This document shows, in pieces, positions 1 through 8,320 of a DNA stretch of 26,253 nucleotides. This DNA is from Paracoccaceae bacterium (lineage in GTDB: Bacteria; Pseudomonadota; Alphaproteobacteria; Rhodobacterales; Rhodobacteraceae): the NCBI GenBank assembly GCA_031371185.1, contig JANMJC010000234.1:1-26253 (forward strand), given 5' to 3'. Positions within the stretch are counted from its first letter, which is position 1, and the number at the start of each line of letters is the position of its first letter. The notes beneath the pieces were generated by a model. That model was given only the letters and a program-made list of their open reading frames with translations, was not told the DNA's origin and ran no database searches. The position numbers and the translations under genes were made by a program.

Positions 1-150
1 CAGCCCGTGCTGATCGGAACCTCGTATCCGGTTCCGACCGGCCCCGGCCTTGGGATCGAGGTTGACGAAGACGCGCTGAACCGGGCCGTGGCCTTGGCGT
101 GGGAACCGCCGCACCTGCGCCGCGCGGATGGGGGGTATACCAATTGGTAA
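1..150 (+). CDS. 3' end of a mandelate racemase/muconate lactonizing enzyme (enolase superfamily, galactonate dehydratase-like) gene; partial
   Basis: Not in the ORF track. Frame 1 reads QPVLIGTSYPVPTGPGLGIEVDEDALNRAVALAWEPPHLRRADGGYTNW*, with TAA at 148-150. PGLGIEVDE and PHLRRxDGxxTNW are typical of this family's C-terminus. Confidence 0.75.
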   Translation, partial: QPVLIGTSYPVPTGPGLGIEVDEDALNRAVALAWEPPHLRRADGGYTNW

Positions 151-400
151 CGGGCATCCGCCGACTAGTCGCGCCAAGCTGCGAAGTGGGCGAGGGACCG
201 TCCTATGACCCCGCTACCGAAACCTTGTGGTGGTTCGACATCTCCGGCTCGGCGCTGTCCGAGCATCCGCTTGCCAGCGGTGCTGGCTCTGCGTCACGAT
301 CTGCCGGATTTCGGTTCGGTTCTGGCAAGAACCGACCGCGACGGACAACTGATCGCCATGAACCGCCCCTGTGGCTCCGCGACCCGACCGATCCCGGATG
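151..400 (+). pseudogene. SMP-30/gluconolactonase family N-terminal remnant, frameshifted and truncated
   Basis: CEVGEGPSYDPATETLWWFDISG lies in the 99..470 frame and continues as HDLPDFGSVLARTDRDGQLIA in the 205..444 frame. The rest of the beta-propeller is missing. Boundaries are approximate. Confidence 0.65.
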
Positions 401-450
401 CGCCTCCGGTGACGACGACGGCATCCTTCAGGCTGTCAAGGTGAGCGGCT

Positions 451-544
451 TAAAGCGGTTCAAGTCTTAACGGAATCAGAATTCAAACCAAAAGTGTTCG
501 AATTCTGATGCTTGATGTTTCAACGAAGACTTGAACCGCTCTCG
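451..544. mobile_element. MITE-like non-autonomous element or palindromic repeat unit
   Basis: Perfect 15-bp inverted repeat AGCGGTTCAAGTCTT (454-468) / AAGACTTGAACCGCT (526-540). A nested 10-bp inverted repeat ATCAGAATTC (475-484) / GAATTCTGAT (500-509) lies inside. The element is AT-rich relative to its flanks, and the left end starts with TA. Confidence 0.6.
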
Positions 545-580
545 CAAGAGGTGTCATGGCGTGATCCTTCCTGGAGGTGG

Positions 581-1420
581 CTACAAATCCCGCATCGGTG
601 TTGGGGCCTGTCCCGTCCAACCGGGGCGGCACATCAACAGTCCGACCGAGTCCGGTGCAGCCGCAAGGTGTTCAGCGTGCATACCCAGGGTCGCGGTCGA
701 GATGAAGTTGACGTCGAATTCGGGCCCGCCAAACGCGCAGGCCGTCACCTGGGCTGAACGAACCGCTATCCGTGCAGGGATTGCGCCGTCCTTGTCCAGT
801 CGCACGACCGAACCACCCCCCAAGGGCCGACCCACAGACCGCCTTCGGTGTCACGGGCCCTGCCATCCGGCAGGCCCTCGTCTGGCGAAAAGCAGCGCAG
901 GACAGTGCCCTGCCCAAGCGTGCCATCCGGCTGAAGGCCATGGCGCAGGATCCTGCGGCCAAGCGTGTCGCAGTGGAAAAGCGACCGCTGGTCCGTCGCG
1001 AAAGCCCGGCCGTTCGACGCAATCATGCCAGTGATGGCCGCCGCGGGATCAGAGGGGCAATGCCGGCATTGCGCGCCCAAAGGCGCAATGACCACGTCAT
1101 CCATGGTGCAAAACCACAGCCTGCCCATGTGGTGCACAGGCCCCGTCATTGACGCGGACGCCTTCCCGGCCGAACTTGGTGATATGGGTTGGCTCTTCGA
1201 TATCAGGACCGAAAAGCACAATCTCGCGTTCGATCACAAGGACGAGCTTGCCGCAAGTGTGGAGCGCCACAAACCCGGGGCGTCCCCGGCAGTGTTCGCA
1301 GGCTGTTCAGGCCCGAGGCAGGCTCATGGCGGTGCAATATTTGCCCCTCGCTATCGATCCACTCACAGGCAGCCGCGCCCTGCGTCCCACAGCGGACCTT
1401 CGCCAAGGATCGACCCGTGC
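581..1420 (-). pseudogene. SMP-30/gluconolactonase/LRE family pseudogene, near full length with several frameshifts
   Basis: Ordered pieces across frames: SILGEGPLWD, WIDSEGQILHRHEPASG, GRLWFCTMD, SNGRAFATDQRSLFHCDT, GLPDGRARDTEGGLWV, GGSVVRLDKDG...QVTACAFGGPE. Confidence 0.8.
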
Positions 1421-1424
1421 CCGG

Positions 1425-1617
1425 TCAGACAGGTGGGCAAGACCAAGGCCCCGCCTTCAAAGCCCTGCAACACCGGAACATCGCCACCGACCAGCAGTGT
1501 TGCCCCTTCGTGACGAGCAAGACCAAGATAGCACAGCACCCTAACCCGGTAGGAGCGGCGGACCAGCAGGCCGAGTTGTGTCGCCTCGACCATCGGGTCG
1601 CCCAACCGGATGGCTCG
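1425..1617 (-). pseudogene. Internal fragment of an NAD-dependent aldehyde dehydrogenase (BetB-like)
   Basis: RAIRLGDPMVEATQLGLLV...RVLCYLGLARHEGATLLVGGDVPVLQGFEGGALVLPT resembles the ALDH segment GDPxxxxTxMGPLV...V..YI..G..EGA.L..GG...GF...PT. Both ends of the gene are absent. Confidence 0.7.
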
Positions 1618-1619
1618 GG

Positions 1620-2072
1620 TCGGTGAGGTTGCAGATCGAGTTGATGCCCCATTCGACCGGAATGCCGTTTTGCTTGCGCTCGTGCTGCAGGGTCGGCGGG
1701 TTCACAAGGTCGGGCATGAGGTCAGGAAAATTCGGCAGCCTCGACGTATCCCACGCCTCGAACATGCCCGCATCACGACGCGCCGGAATCTGTCCGTGGT
1801 CGGCGTGCATGACATCTGGACGGAACCCGCCGGCGATCTTCTGCCAGGTCTCCTCCAGGTCAGAGAAGATCGGGATGTCGGGGGCAGCCCCGTGCTTTTC
1901 GGTTTGGGGCTGGAACAGGTCCGGCACTTTCTATCCGGTCCAGTCCATTACGGTCAGGCAGGCGCCTTGGGCCTGTGCCGGGCGTATAAGCCCCCCCGGC
2001 CCCGACAGCCACAAGGCCAAGCGCCGAGGCGCGGGCCACAAGCTGGCGGAGGTTCATGCGGCCAGTGCCCAT
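1620..2072 (-). pseudogene. 5' part of a PotD/PotF-like (polyamine-type) ABC solute-binding protein gene
   Basis: Degenerate Tat-like leader MNLRQLVARASALGL, then a frameshift, then LTVMDWTG*KVPDLFQP with an in-frame TAG, then FSDLEETWQKIAGGFRPDV...WDTSRLPNFPDL...IPVEWGINSI, where it is cut off. Confidence 0.7.
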
Positions 2073-2113
2073 CGCGTAGGCCTTCCCGTGGGTATTGTCC
2101 GTCTGGCTGTCGG

Positions 2114-3760
2114 TCAGCCGTAGCTGCGGATGTGGGGAAACTCGGGCTCTTCGCGGGTGATCACCTCGACCAGCGCCGACCGGCCGTCCTGCGTCGACCG
2201 GATCGCGCGCATCAAGGCGGGCTCAAGATCGGCAACCTTTTCCACCCGCTCGCCCGCAACACCCAGTGCCAGCGCCACATCGGCGTAGCGCCCGGTCTGC
2301 AGGTTGATGCCGTGGGTCTTGGTTGCAACCGGGTGGTGGCGCGTGTAGCCGCCCATGCGGCCGTTGTTGAACACGATCGTCAGCACCGGGATGTTCTCGC
2401 GCACCCCCGTCTCGACATCCATCCCGACCATCCCAAAGCTGCTGTCTCCCATGAAGTTGACGCAAGTCCAGTCGGGTTTCGCGAGCTTCGCGCCCATCGC
2501 CAGCCCAAGCCCGCTGCCCAGCGGCGTGGACTTGCCCCAGCCGAGATAGCCATAGGGCGTCAGCGCATCAAAGAACGGGACCACCTGATCGCGCGGATTG
2601 CCGCTGTCATGCGTCACCACCATTTTCGAGCGGTCGCCAACCTTCATCAGGGCGCCGATGACGCGGTAGGGGCTGATCGGTTCGGCGTCCGTCGTCAGGC
2701 GGCTGCCCCACTTCGCCATGAACGCGGCCCGTTGTGCGGCGACCAGCCTGGCTGCGGGGGTCGAGGCGAAATCGCCGTGGCGCGGCTCGGCTTCTGCCGC
2801 GTCTGCAAGCTGGGCCAGGATCAGGTCAAGATCGCCGCTGATCAGATGCTCCACCGGATAGCTCTGGCTGAGGTCATCGGGATCGCGCACGATCTGGATC
2901 ACGCGCTTGGCGGCCGGGACGTGGCTGGTGTAGTGGCTGCGGGTCAGCGTGGTGCCGATCGACACGATCAGATCGGCGGCCGCAAGGTGGGCGTCCGACA
3001 TCGGGGTGGACGAATGCCCCCCGGTCCCCAAGGCCAGGGCATGGTCCTCGGGGAAAGCGCTTTTTCCCGCCAGGGTGGTCATCACCGGCACAGCCATCGC
3101 CTCGGCGAACCGGCGCAGGTCGGCCCAGGCACCCGCCTGCAGCACCCCGCGACCGACCATCAGCATCGGCGACGTCGCGTCCGCAAGCGCGCGGATCACG
3201 GTCTGGACCTCGTCCGGGGCGGCCATTGTGCGGCCGATCCGCACCGAGGTATAGCCGTCCATCCCGCCCGGCGCTTCGGCCTTCATCAGATCGTCCGGGA
3301 TCTCAAGGATCACCGGCCCGCCACGGCCAGATCGCAGCGCCCCGAAGGCACGCGAGAACATCAGCGCGGCGCGGTGCGGGTGGTTGACCAGCATCGTGGC
3401 CTTCGCAATCCCGCGCATCTGTTGATGCGAGGCGAAGTTCGGCACCACGCCCGCATCGTTGCTGTCATAACCGCCCGGGATCACCAGGATCGGGACCGAG
3501 TCCGAGAACGCCTGCGCGATGGCGCCAAATGACGCCTCTGCCCCCGGCCCGTATTGCACACCCGTCACACCAAAGGCACGGCCGGCGCTCATCCGGCTGA
3601 ACCCGTCGGCGATGTTCACGGCAACCCGTTCGGTCCGCGCCATGATCGGGCGGATGCCCAGGCTGGCGGCGCTGTCGAACACCTGGTTGAACGGGAAGCC
3701 GGTGATGAAAGTCACCCCTTCCTTCTGCAGGGCCGCAGCGGCGACATCCATGACTCTCAT
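2114..3760 (-). CDS. Thiamine-diphosphate-dependent enzyme (acetolactate synthase-like superfamily), substrate unknown
   Basis: 548 aa. ThDP-activating Glu in ARTERVAVNIADG and ThDP/Mg motif GDSSFG...VFNNG. Overlaps the upstream gene by 4 bp (ATGA). Confidence 0.9.
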   Translation of the reverse strand: MRVMDVAAAALQKEGVTFITGFPFNQVFDSAASLGIRPIMARTERVAVNIADGFSRMSAGRAFGVTGVQYGPGAEASFGAIAQAFSDSVPILVIPGGYDSNDAGVVPNFASHQQMRGIAKATMLVNHPHRAALMFSRAFGALRSGRGGPVILEIPDDLMKAEAPGGMDGYTSVRIGRTMAAPDEVQTVIRALADATSPMLMVGRGVLQAGAWADLRRFAEAMAVPVMTTLAGKSAFPEDHALALGTGGHSSTPMSDAHLAAADLIVSIGTTLTRSHYTSHVPAAKRVIQIVRDPDDLSQSYPVEHLISGDLDLILAQLADAAEAEPRHGDFASTPAARLVAAQRAAFMAKWGSRLTTDAEPISPYRVIGALMKVGDRSKMVVTHDSGNPRDQVVPFFDALTPYGYLGWGKSTPLGSGLGLAMGAKLAKPDWTCVNFMGDSSFGMVGMDVETGVRENIPVLTIVFNNGRMGGYTRHHPVATKTHGINLQTGRYADVALALGVAGERVEKVADLEPALMRAIRSTQDGRSALVEVITREEPEFPHIRSYG

Positions 3761-4833
3761 GCGGGCATTCCTTCGGTGATGGCCGCGAACTTGCGGGCCA
3801 GGGCATTCAGTTTGCGGGTGAATTCGGGGCTGCGCAGGACGTCCGCATTCACCACCTTGTGCGGAATGCGCCCGGCCAGAAGGTCAAGGACCGCCGCGAC
3901 GTTCTGCGCGGCCAGGTCTTCGTCCAGTTCCTCGGTCCAGTTCAGCGCATGGGCCGACAGGATGATGTTGTCGGTGGACAGAAGCGGATGGCCCAGCGGC
4001 AAAGGTTCGGGGTCGAACACGTCCAGCGCCGCGCCCGACAGGTGGCCCGACGACACCGCCGCCACCAGCGCATCCTGATCGACGATCCCGCCGCGCGCGG
4101 TGTTGATCAGCGCGGCCCCGGGCTTCATCAGGGCAAGACGGTCGGCACTGAACAGATGCCGGGTTTCCGGTGTCAGCGGGCAATGGATCGAGATGTAGTC
4201 CGACAGGGCCAGGACCTGTTCAAGATCGGCCCGTTCGATCCCGCGCGCCTTGGCATCCGCCTCCGACAACGCCGGATCGAAGGCGATCACCCGCAGGCCC
4301 AGCGGTTGCACCAGCAAGGCCAGGTCCGACCCGATGTTGCCGCAGCCGACCAGCCCCAGCACGCGGCCCGTCAGGTTGCGGCCGCGCATTTCGGTGCGGC
4401 GGTGCCAGGCCCCGGGGCCAGCCCGCGTCAGCCGGTCCTTCTCGACCAGCCGGGTGGCCAGCGCCAGCATCAGCGTCAGGGCAGCCACGGCGGTCGGCCG
4501 ACGCACGGCCTCGGCCGGGACGACGACGGCGACCCCCGCGACTGTGCAGGCGGCAAGATCCACATCCTCGCACCCGACACCGACCCGGACGATCCCGGTC
4601 AAAGCGTCGGCGCCGTCAAGGCTTTCCCGCGTCACGGCCCCCATCAAGGGAACCGAGATCAGGACGTCGATCCCGGCCAGCCCGGTGGCAGTCAGGACGC
4701 TGCCTCCCGGGATACGGCGCAGGTCCGCCGCCGGGCTCTGGCGCAAGGCCCCAAGGTCATAACCCGGAAACGACAGCGACCCATCTGCAAAAAGAAAGTC
4801 GTCCGTCAATCCGATCTGGCATTTTCCGGTCAC
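3757..4833 (-). CDS. D-isomer-specific 2-hydroxyacid dehydrogenase (SerA/GhrB-like, NAD-binding)
   Basis: VGCGNIG Rossmann motif followed by FDP, INTARGGIVD, ALDVFDPEP and catalytic His in LSAHA. Start moved to GTG at 4833 because GAGGTGG lies just upstream. Confidence 0.88.
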   Translation of the reverse strand: MTGKCQIGLTDDFLFADGSLSFPGYDLGALRQSPAADLRRIPGGSVLTATGLAGIDVLISVPLMGAVTRESLDGADALTGIVRVGVGCEDVDLAACTVAGVAVVVPAEAVRRPTAVAALTLMLALATRLVEKDRLTRAGPGAWHRRTEMRGRNLTGRVLGLVGCGNIGSDLALLVQPLGLRVIAFDPALSEADAKARGIERADLEQVLALSDYISIHCPLTPETRHLFSADRLALMKPGAALINTARGGIVDQDALVAAVSSGHLSGAALDVFDPEPLPLGHPLLSTDNIILSAHALNWTEELDEDLAAQNVAAVLDLLAGRIPHKVVNADVLRSPEFTRKLNALARKFAAITEGMPA

Positions 4834-4932
4834 GCGCCACCTCACTGCGGACTGCGGACATGGACGCCCGCCGTCATGCTTTCAGTGCCTAGTCCGTCAG
4901 ACGACAATGTGGATCGGAATTTGATCCTTGTC

Positions 4933-5322
4933 CTATACTGTCGGATCAACAAAGTCCTTCGGGTCCCAGAAAGCCTGCATCCGGGAAATCAGCGGCACCC
5001 TCGTCAGACGAAAGACATCAATGCCTTCGTATTCGATCACCTTGCCGTCCTTGCGATCTGCCACCCCTTGCCAGCGGCAGGCAACCTCGTTTCCCTGCCA
5101 GTAAAGCGGACTGGTCCTAAGGGTCAGGGCTGAAAGGTCGTCATAGATCGCACTGAAATAGGCCCGGATCTGCGCCCGTCCCATCGCATGGGGCGACGTG
5201 GGGTCGATGACCACGGCGCGGGGCGAAAAGCAGGCGGTGATCTGGTCCAGATCACGCGTCTGGCAGGCGGCAAGATAGCGGGTCAGCAGGGCCTCGGCAG
5301 CGGGGCGGTCAACCATCGTCAT
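4933..5322 (-). CDS. SnoaL-like/NTF2 (ketosteroid isomerase-like) fold protein
   Basis: About 129 aa: RYLAACQTRDLDQITACFSPRAVVIDP...GRAQIRAYF...YEGIDVFRL...ISRMQAFWDP. The longer ORF start overlaps iclR, so ATG 5322 (or 5316) is preferred. Confidence 0.8.
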   Translation of the reverse strand: MTMVDRPAAEALLTRYLAACQTRDLDQITACFSPRAVVIDPTSPHAMGRAQIRAYFSAIYDDLSALTLRTSPLYWQGNEVACRWQGVADRKDGKVIEYEGIDVFRLTRVPLISRMQAFWDPKDFVDPTV

Positions 5323-5391
5323 CCATCCATCAGGATATCTGAGGCAGATGTTGTCCCGCGGACGCACACGCTCCAGTCTGGCGTGACCTTG

Positions 5392-5408
5392 GTCCGAGAT
5401 TGTCGGAC
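5392..5408. promoter_or_regulatory. Candidate IclR operator upstream of the snoaL-like gene
   Basis: Palindrome GTCCGA-GATTG-TCGGAC about 70 bp upstream of the SnoaL start. Related sequences occur at 6286-6300 and 4901-4914. Confidence 0.5.
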
Positions 5409-5419
5409 GGATTCGGGCC

Positions 5420-6187
5420 CTAATGCTGGTGAATGGTCGCACACTCTTTTGCAAGCTTCTGACCATGCTCGGCCAACCGCTGCCGGGTCAGCCGCGCAGA
5501 GGGTCCCCAGATCGCCAGCGACCCGACCACCAGTCCGCCCCGGGAGAAGACGGGTGCTGCGACGGCACTTGCGCCGATCTCTTCCTCGGCGGCCGAGATC
5601 GCATAGCCAAGGCCCCGGATGCGCAGACATTCCTCGTCGAGTTGGGTCGCTGTCAGGATTGTCCGGCTGGTAAACCTTTCCAACCGCAACCGCTGAATGA
5701 TCGTCGCGCGCTCTTCGTCGGACTGGAAGGCGAGAATGGCCTTGCCCAGGGCTGAAGCGTGATACGGCGCATATTGCCCCTGGAACCGGCTGCCGCGCAC
5801 GCCGTAAGTGCCCTCGACCGTGCTGGCGACAAGGCAACTGTCATTGCCGGGAATGGCAAGGCTGAGGCTTTCGCGGAACTGCCAGACCAGCCGCAGCATC
5901 AGTGGCCGCACCAGCGTCACGATATCAAGGTTGCGCTCGGCGTTGCGCGCAAGCTCGAACGTGCGCCGCCCGATCCGATAGGTTTGCGTCTCACGGGTAT
6001 GGTCGCAATAGCCAAGGGCGACCAGCGTCTTCAGCAGGGAAAACACGGTGTTCTTGTGCAGCCCGCACTTTGCGGCGATGTCGGTCAGCCGGACGCCAGC
6101 CTCGTTGGCGCGCGCAATGACATCCAGAATGGCGTCCATTCGTTCCAGCGACTGGATCCGCCCTGATGGTCGACTGGACAATGCCAT
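5420..6187 (-). CDS. IclR family transcriptional regulator
   Basis: 255 aa. N-terminal IQSLERMDAILDVI...LTDIAAKCGLHKNTVFSLLKTL HTH; effector domain with PYHASALGKAILAF, GYAISAAEEEIG and AVAAPVF. Confidence 0.92.
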   Translation of the reverse strand: MALSSRPSGRIQSLERMDAILDVIARANEAGVRLTDIAAKCGLHKNTVFSLLKTLVALGYCDHTRETQTYRIGRRTFELARNAERNLDIVTLVRPLMLRLVWQFRESLSLAIPGNDSCLVASTVEGTYGVRGSRFQGQYAPYHASALGKAILAFQSDEERATIIQRLRLERFTSRTILTATQLDEECLRIRGLGYAISAAEEEIGASAVAAPVFSRGGLVVGSLAIWGPSARLTRQRLAEHGQKLAKECATIHQH

Positions 6188-6279
6188 GGGCACCTTTCCG
6201 GCGGTTGCCAAGCTGGTCCGAAGGCAGCCCCGCCTTTCGAACCTAGCACGCAGTCCACCACACACAGCGGGTTCGGGTC

Positions 6280-6301
6280 AATCGAACGATAATGTCGGAT
6301 T
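6280..6301. promoter_or_regulatory. Candidate IclR autoregulatory site
   Basis: Imperfect palindrome AATCGAAC-GATAAT-GTCGGATT about 100 bp upstream of iclR, sharing TGTCGGA with the 5392 site. Confidence 0.35.
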
Positions 6302-6428
6302 GCGGGTGGAAGCACCTTCGCGCCCCGGGCCGTCCGGCGTTTCGTCAATTGAGCGGGTGCGAGACACCCGTCTTTGACCATCTGGAGCGGAGAGGGAGAT
6401 GCCACGACCCCTCTCGTCCTAAGGACGG

Positions 6429-7045
6429 ATGTCCAGGGGTGCCTTTTGTCTGTGCTCTTGTCTGTGCTCTGGCGCGGCAATCGCGCAAGGATTTCCGGAA
6501 GGTCATGACCTGCGACAGGAGCGCCAGCCTTGTCACCGATCCGGCGCGGACCGTGACCAACGCCGACCTTCCGCACGACAACGCCGCCGCTGGCCCGTTG
6601 GTCGTCATTGACACAACAACGTCACCGTGTCGCCCTTTCAGGCCTGGCCGTTTGCGCAATCCGCCGATGGTCGTGAATGGACCTTCGTCCTGAAGGATGG
6701 CGTGTCCTTTCAGGACCGTGCGCCGCTGACCTCGGCCGATGTGGACATGCCTGGCGGCGGCTTCTGGACCCGGCCACTGCCTCGCCCGCCGCGTCGGAAC
6801 CGGGGATGATCTCCGCTGACGGCCTCACCGCGCGCGAAGCGCCGACAATCGAGTTCCGCAGCGCCATGGTACAGAGGGTGACCCCGGGCTTCGGCGTGCC
6901 GGGCAACGACAATCCGGTTCCGCCGACCAGTCCGCTTGCCATATCCGACCAGCCCCAGCCGCGCGATACCGACCGCGCCCTGCTGGCCGAGGCGGGCCAT
7001 GAGGACGGCCTTGCGGTAGTTGCCGCCGTGGTCCGACAGTATTAG
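6429..7045 (+). pseudogene. Family-5 (peptide/nickel-type) ABC solute-binding protein remnant with a large internal deletion
   Basis: Signal-peptide-like MSRGAFCLCS...AAIAQ, then LVTDPARTVTNAD, then SADGREWTFVLKDGVSFQDRAPLTSADV, then a jump to the C-terminal part AMVQRVTPGFGVPGNDNPVPPTSP...RALLAEAGHEDGL. About 0.6 kb of a ~1.5-kb gene type, spread over several frames. Confidence 0.7.
6446..6469 (+). repeat. 12-bp tandem duplication
   Basis: TTGTCTGTGCTC appears twice in tandem, within the leader of the family-5 SBP remnant. Confidence 0.85.
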
Positions 7046-7183
7046 CCGCCTGCGCTGTCATCATTCGCAAGCCGAACCTTCCAGGATGCTGTCCCTGCCG
7101 CACCGGGGCCGCCCCGATCCTTTTGCCGACGCGCTTTGGAAACAGGACCCTCAACCGAAGAAGATTTTTCTTGCGATTACGCG

Positions 7184-7199
7184 ATACAAACGTTTGTAT
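7184..7199. promoter_or_regulatory. LacI-family operator, copy 1
   Basis: Perfect palindrome ATACAAACGTTTGTAT with a central CG, 57 bp before the SBP start. An identical copy lies at 15788-15803. Confidence 0.85.
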
Positions 7200-7256
7200 T
7201 GGCAGAAGGGTGAATCGGGCCAGTGTTCGCTCGCCCGCAACCAAAGGGAGGATTGC

Positions 7257-8279
7257 ATGAACCGAACCCTGTTCCACCGCGCGACGGCAGGCGGCGCGCT
7301 GACGCTTGTGGCCGCTTTCGCCGCCCTGCCGCTGGCCGCGCAGGAATGTCTGGGCACAGCCGAGGCGCTGACCCTCAGCGTCGAGCAGGCCGCCGACATT
7401 TCCGCGCGCGGGCTGACCTTCGGCTTTCTGACGAACAACATTTCGGACGATTTCAGCCGCACCCTCGCTGCCGGCGGTGAGGCGCGCGCGGCCGAGCTTG
7501 GGGTGACGCTGGTCGTCAACAGCGCCGACTTTGACGCCAACACCCAACTGTCGCAGTTCGATGCGCTGGTCCAGCAGCAGGTCGCGGGCATCTTCCTGAC
7601 GGCGGTGGATGCGGGCTCGATCGGCCAGGGCGTGCTGCGCGCGAACGAGGCCGGGATTCCCGTGTTCATCGTCGGCGGCGCCCCCGCACGCGGCGAGGTC
7701 ATCAGCGTGATGAACGCATCAAGCTATCAGGGCAGCTTTGATGCGGGTGACGCGCTGATGAAGAAGATCAACAAGCCCAACGCCAAGATTGCCATCCTTG
7801 GCATCCCCTTTGCCCTGCAGACGATCCGCGACCGCGAAAAGGGCATCCTCGACGCGGTCGGGGCCAACGGCGGGCAGGTCATCAGCCTGCAGTCGGATTT
7901 CAGCCAGGACAAGCTTCTGGAACTTGCGACCAACGTGATACAGGCCAACCCCGATCTGGACGGCATCTTTGCCACCTGGTCGCTGGCCGTCACCGCCGCG
8001 ACCGAGGCGGTCAAACAGTCCGGCAAGGCGATCCCGATCGCGGGCTATGACAGCGAGGCCCCGGGCTACAAGGAACTCGCCTCGGGTACCACCAACATCG
8101 TGGCGCTGTCGGGTCAGCAGGCGGCGGCGCAGGGTCATGCGGCGATCGACGGTCTGGCACAGGCCATTCTTGGCGCCGACCTGTGCGACGAGATCATCAC
8201 CCCGAACCTTCTGGTGACCGCCGACAACTACGCCGAGATGTGGGAGATGCAATACCCCGGCGCGGCAAAGCCCTGGTAG
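7257..8279 (+). CDS. Sugar ABC transporter periplasmic binding protein (RbsB-like, CUT2)
   Basis: 340 aa. RBS GGGAGGA, signal peptide ending PLAA-Q, and FGFLTNNISDDF...ADFDANTQLSQFDALVQQQVAGIFL...ANEAGIPVFIV. Confidence 0.9.
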   Translation: MNRTLFHRATAGGALTLVAAFAALPLAAQECLGTAEALTLSVEQAADISARGLTFGFLTNNISDDFSRTLAAGGEARAAELGVTLVVNSADFDANTQLSQFDALVQQQVAGIFLTAVDAGSIGQGVLRANEAGIPVFIVGGAPARGEVISVMNASSYQGSFDAGDALMKKINKPNAKIAILGIPFALQTIRDREKGILDAVGANGGQVISLQSDFSQDKLLELATNVIQANPDLDGIFATWSLAVTAATEAVKQSGKAIPIAGYDSEAPGYKELASGTTNIVALSGQQAAAQGHAAIDGLAQAILGADLCDEIITPNLLVTADNYAEMWEMQYPGAAKPW

Positions 8280-8286
8280 GAAGCAG

Positions 8287-8312
8287 GGGGGGTGGCCCGT
8301 CGGCCGCCCCCC
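8287..8312 (+). other. GC-rich stem-loop between the SBP and ATPase genes (mRNA-stabilising or attenuating)
   Basis: GGGGGGTGGCC-CGTC-GGCCGCCCCCC forms an 11-bp stem with one G-U pair and has no U-tract. Confidence 0.55.
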
Positions 8313-8320
8313 GCCTTGCC

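Noticed and set aside
1610-3532. 640-aa plus-strand ORF, and similar long ORFs such as 12701..15274, 3859..5133, 15762..16973, 19424..20083 and 24896..26245
   Set aside because: They are antisense shadows of well-supported genes. They are R/G/H-rich, lack recognisable motifs, and are expected in high-GC DNA.
2114-3760. ThDP enzyme as Xsc, IlvB/IlvG or glyoxylate carboligase
   Set aside because: There is no ilvH/ilvC, pta, taurine or glyoxylate gene context, and the N-terminal TGFPFNQ motif does not match those subfamilies as I know them. Left unassigned.
4933-4945. Fourth TGTCGGA match to the candidate IclR motif
   Set aside because: It lies in the last codons of the SnoaL-like gene and lacks the left half-site.
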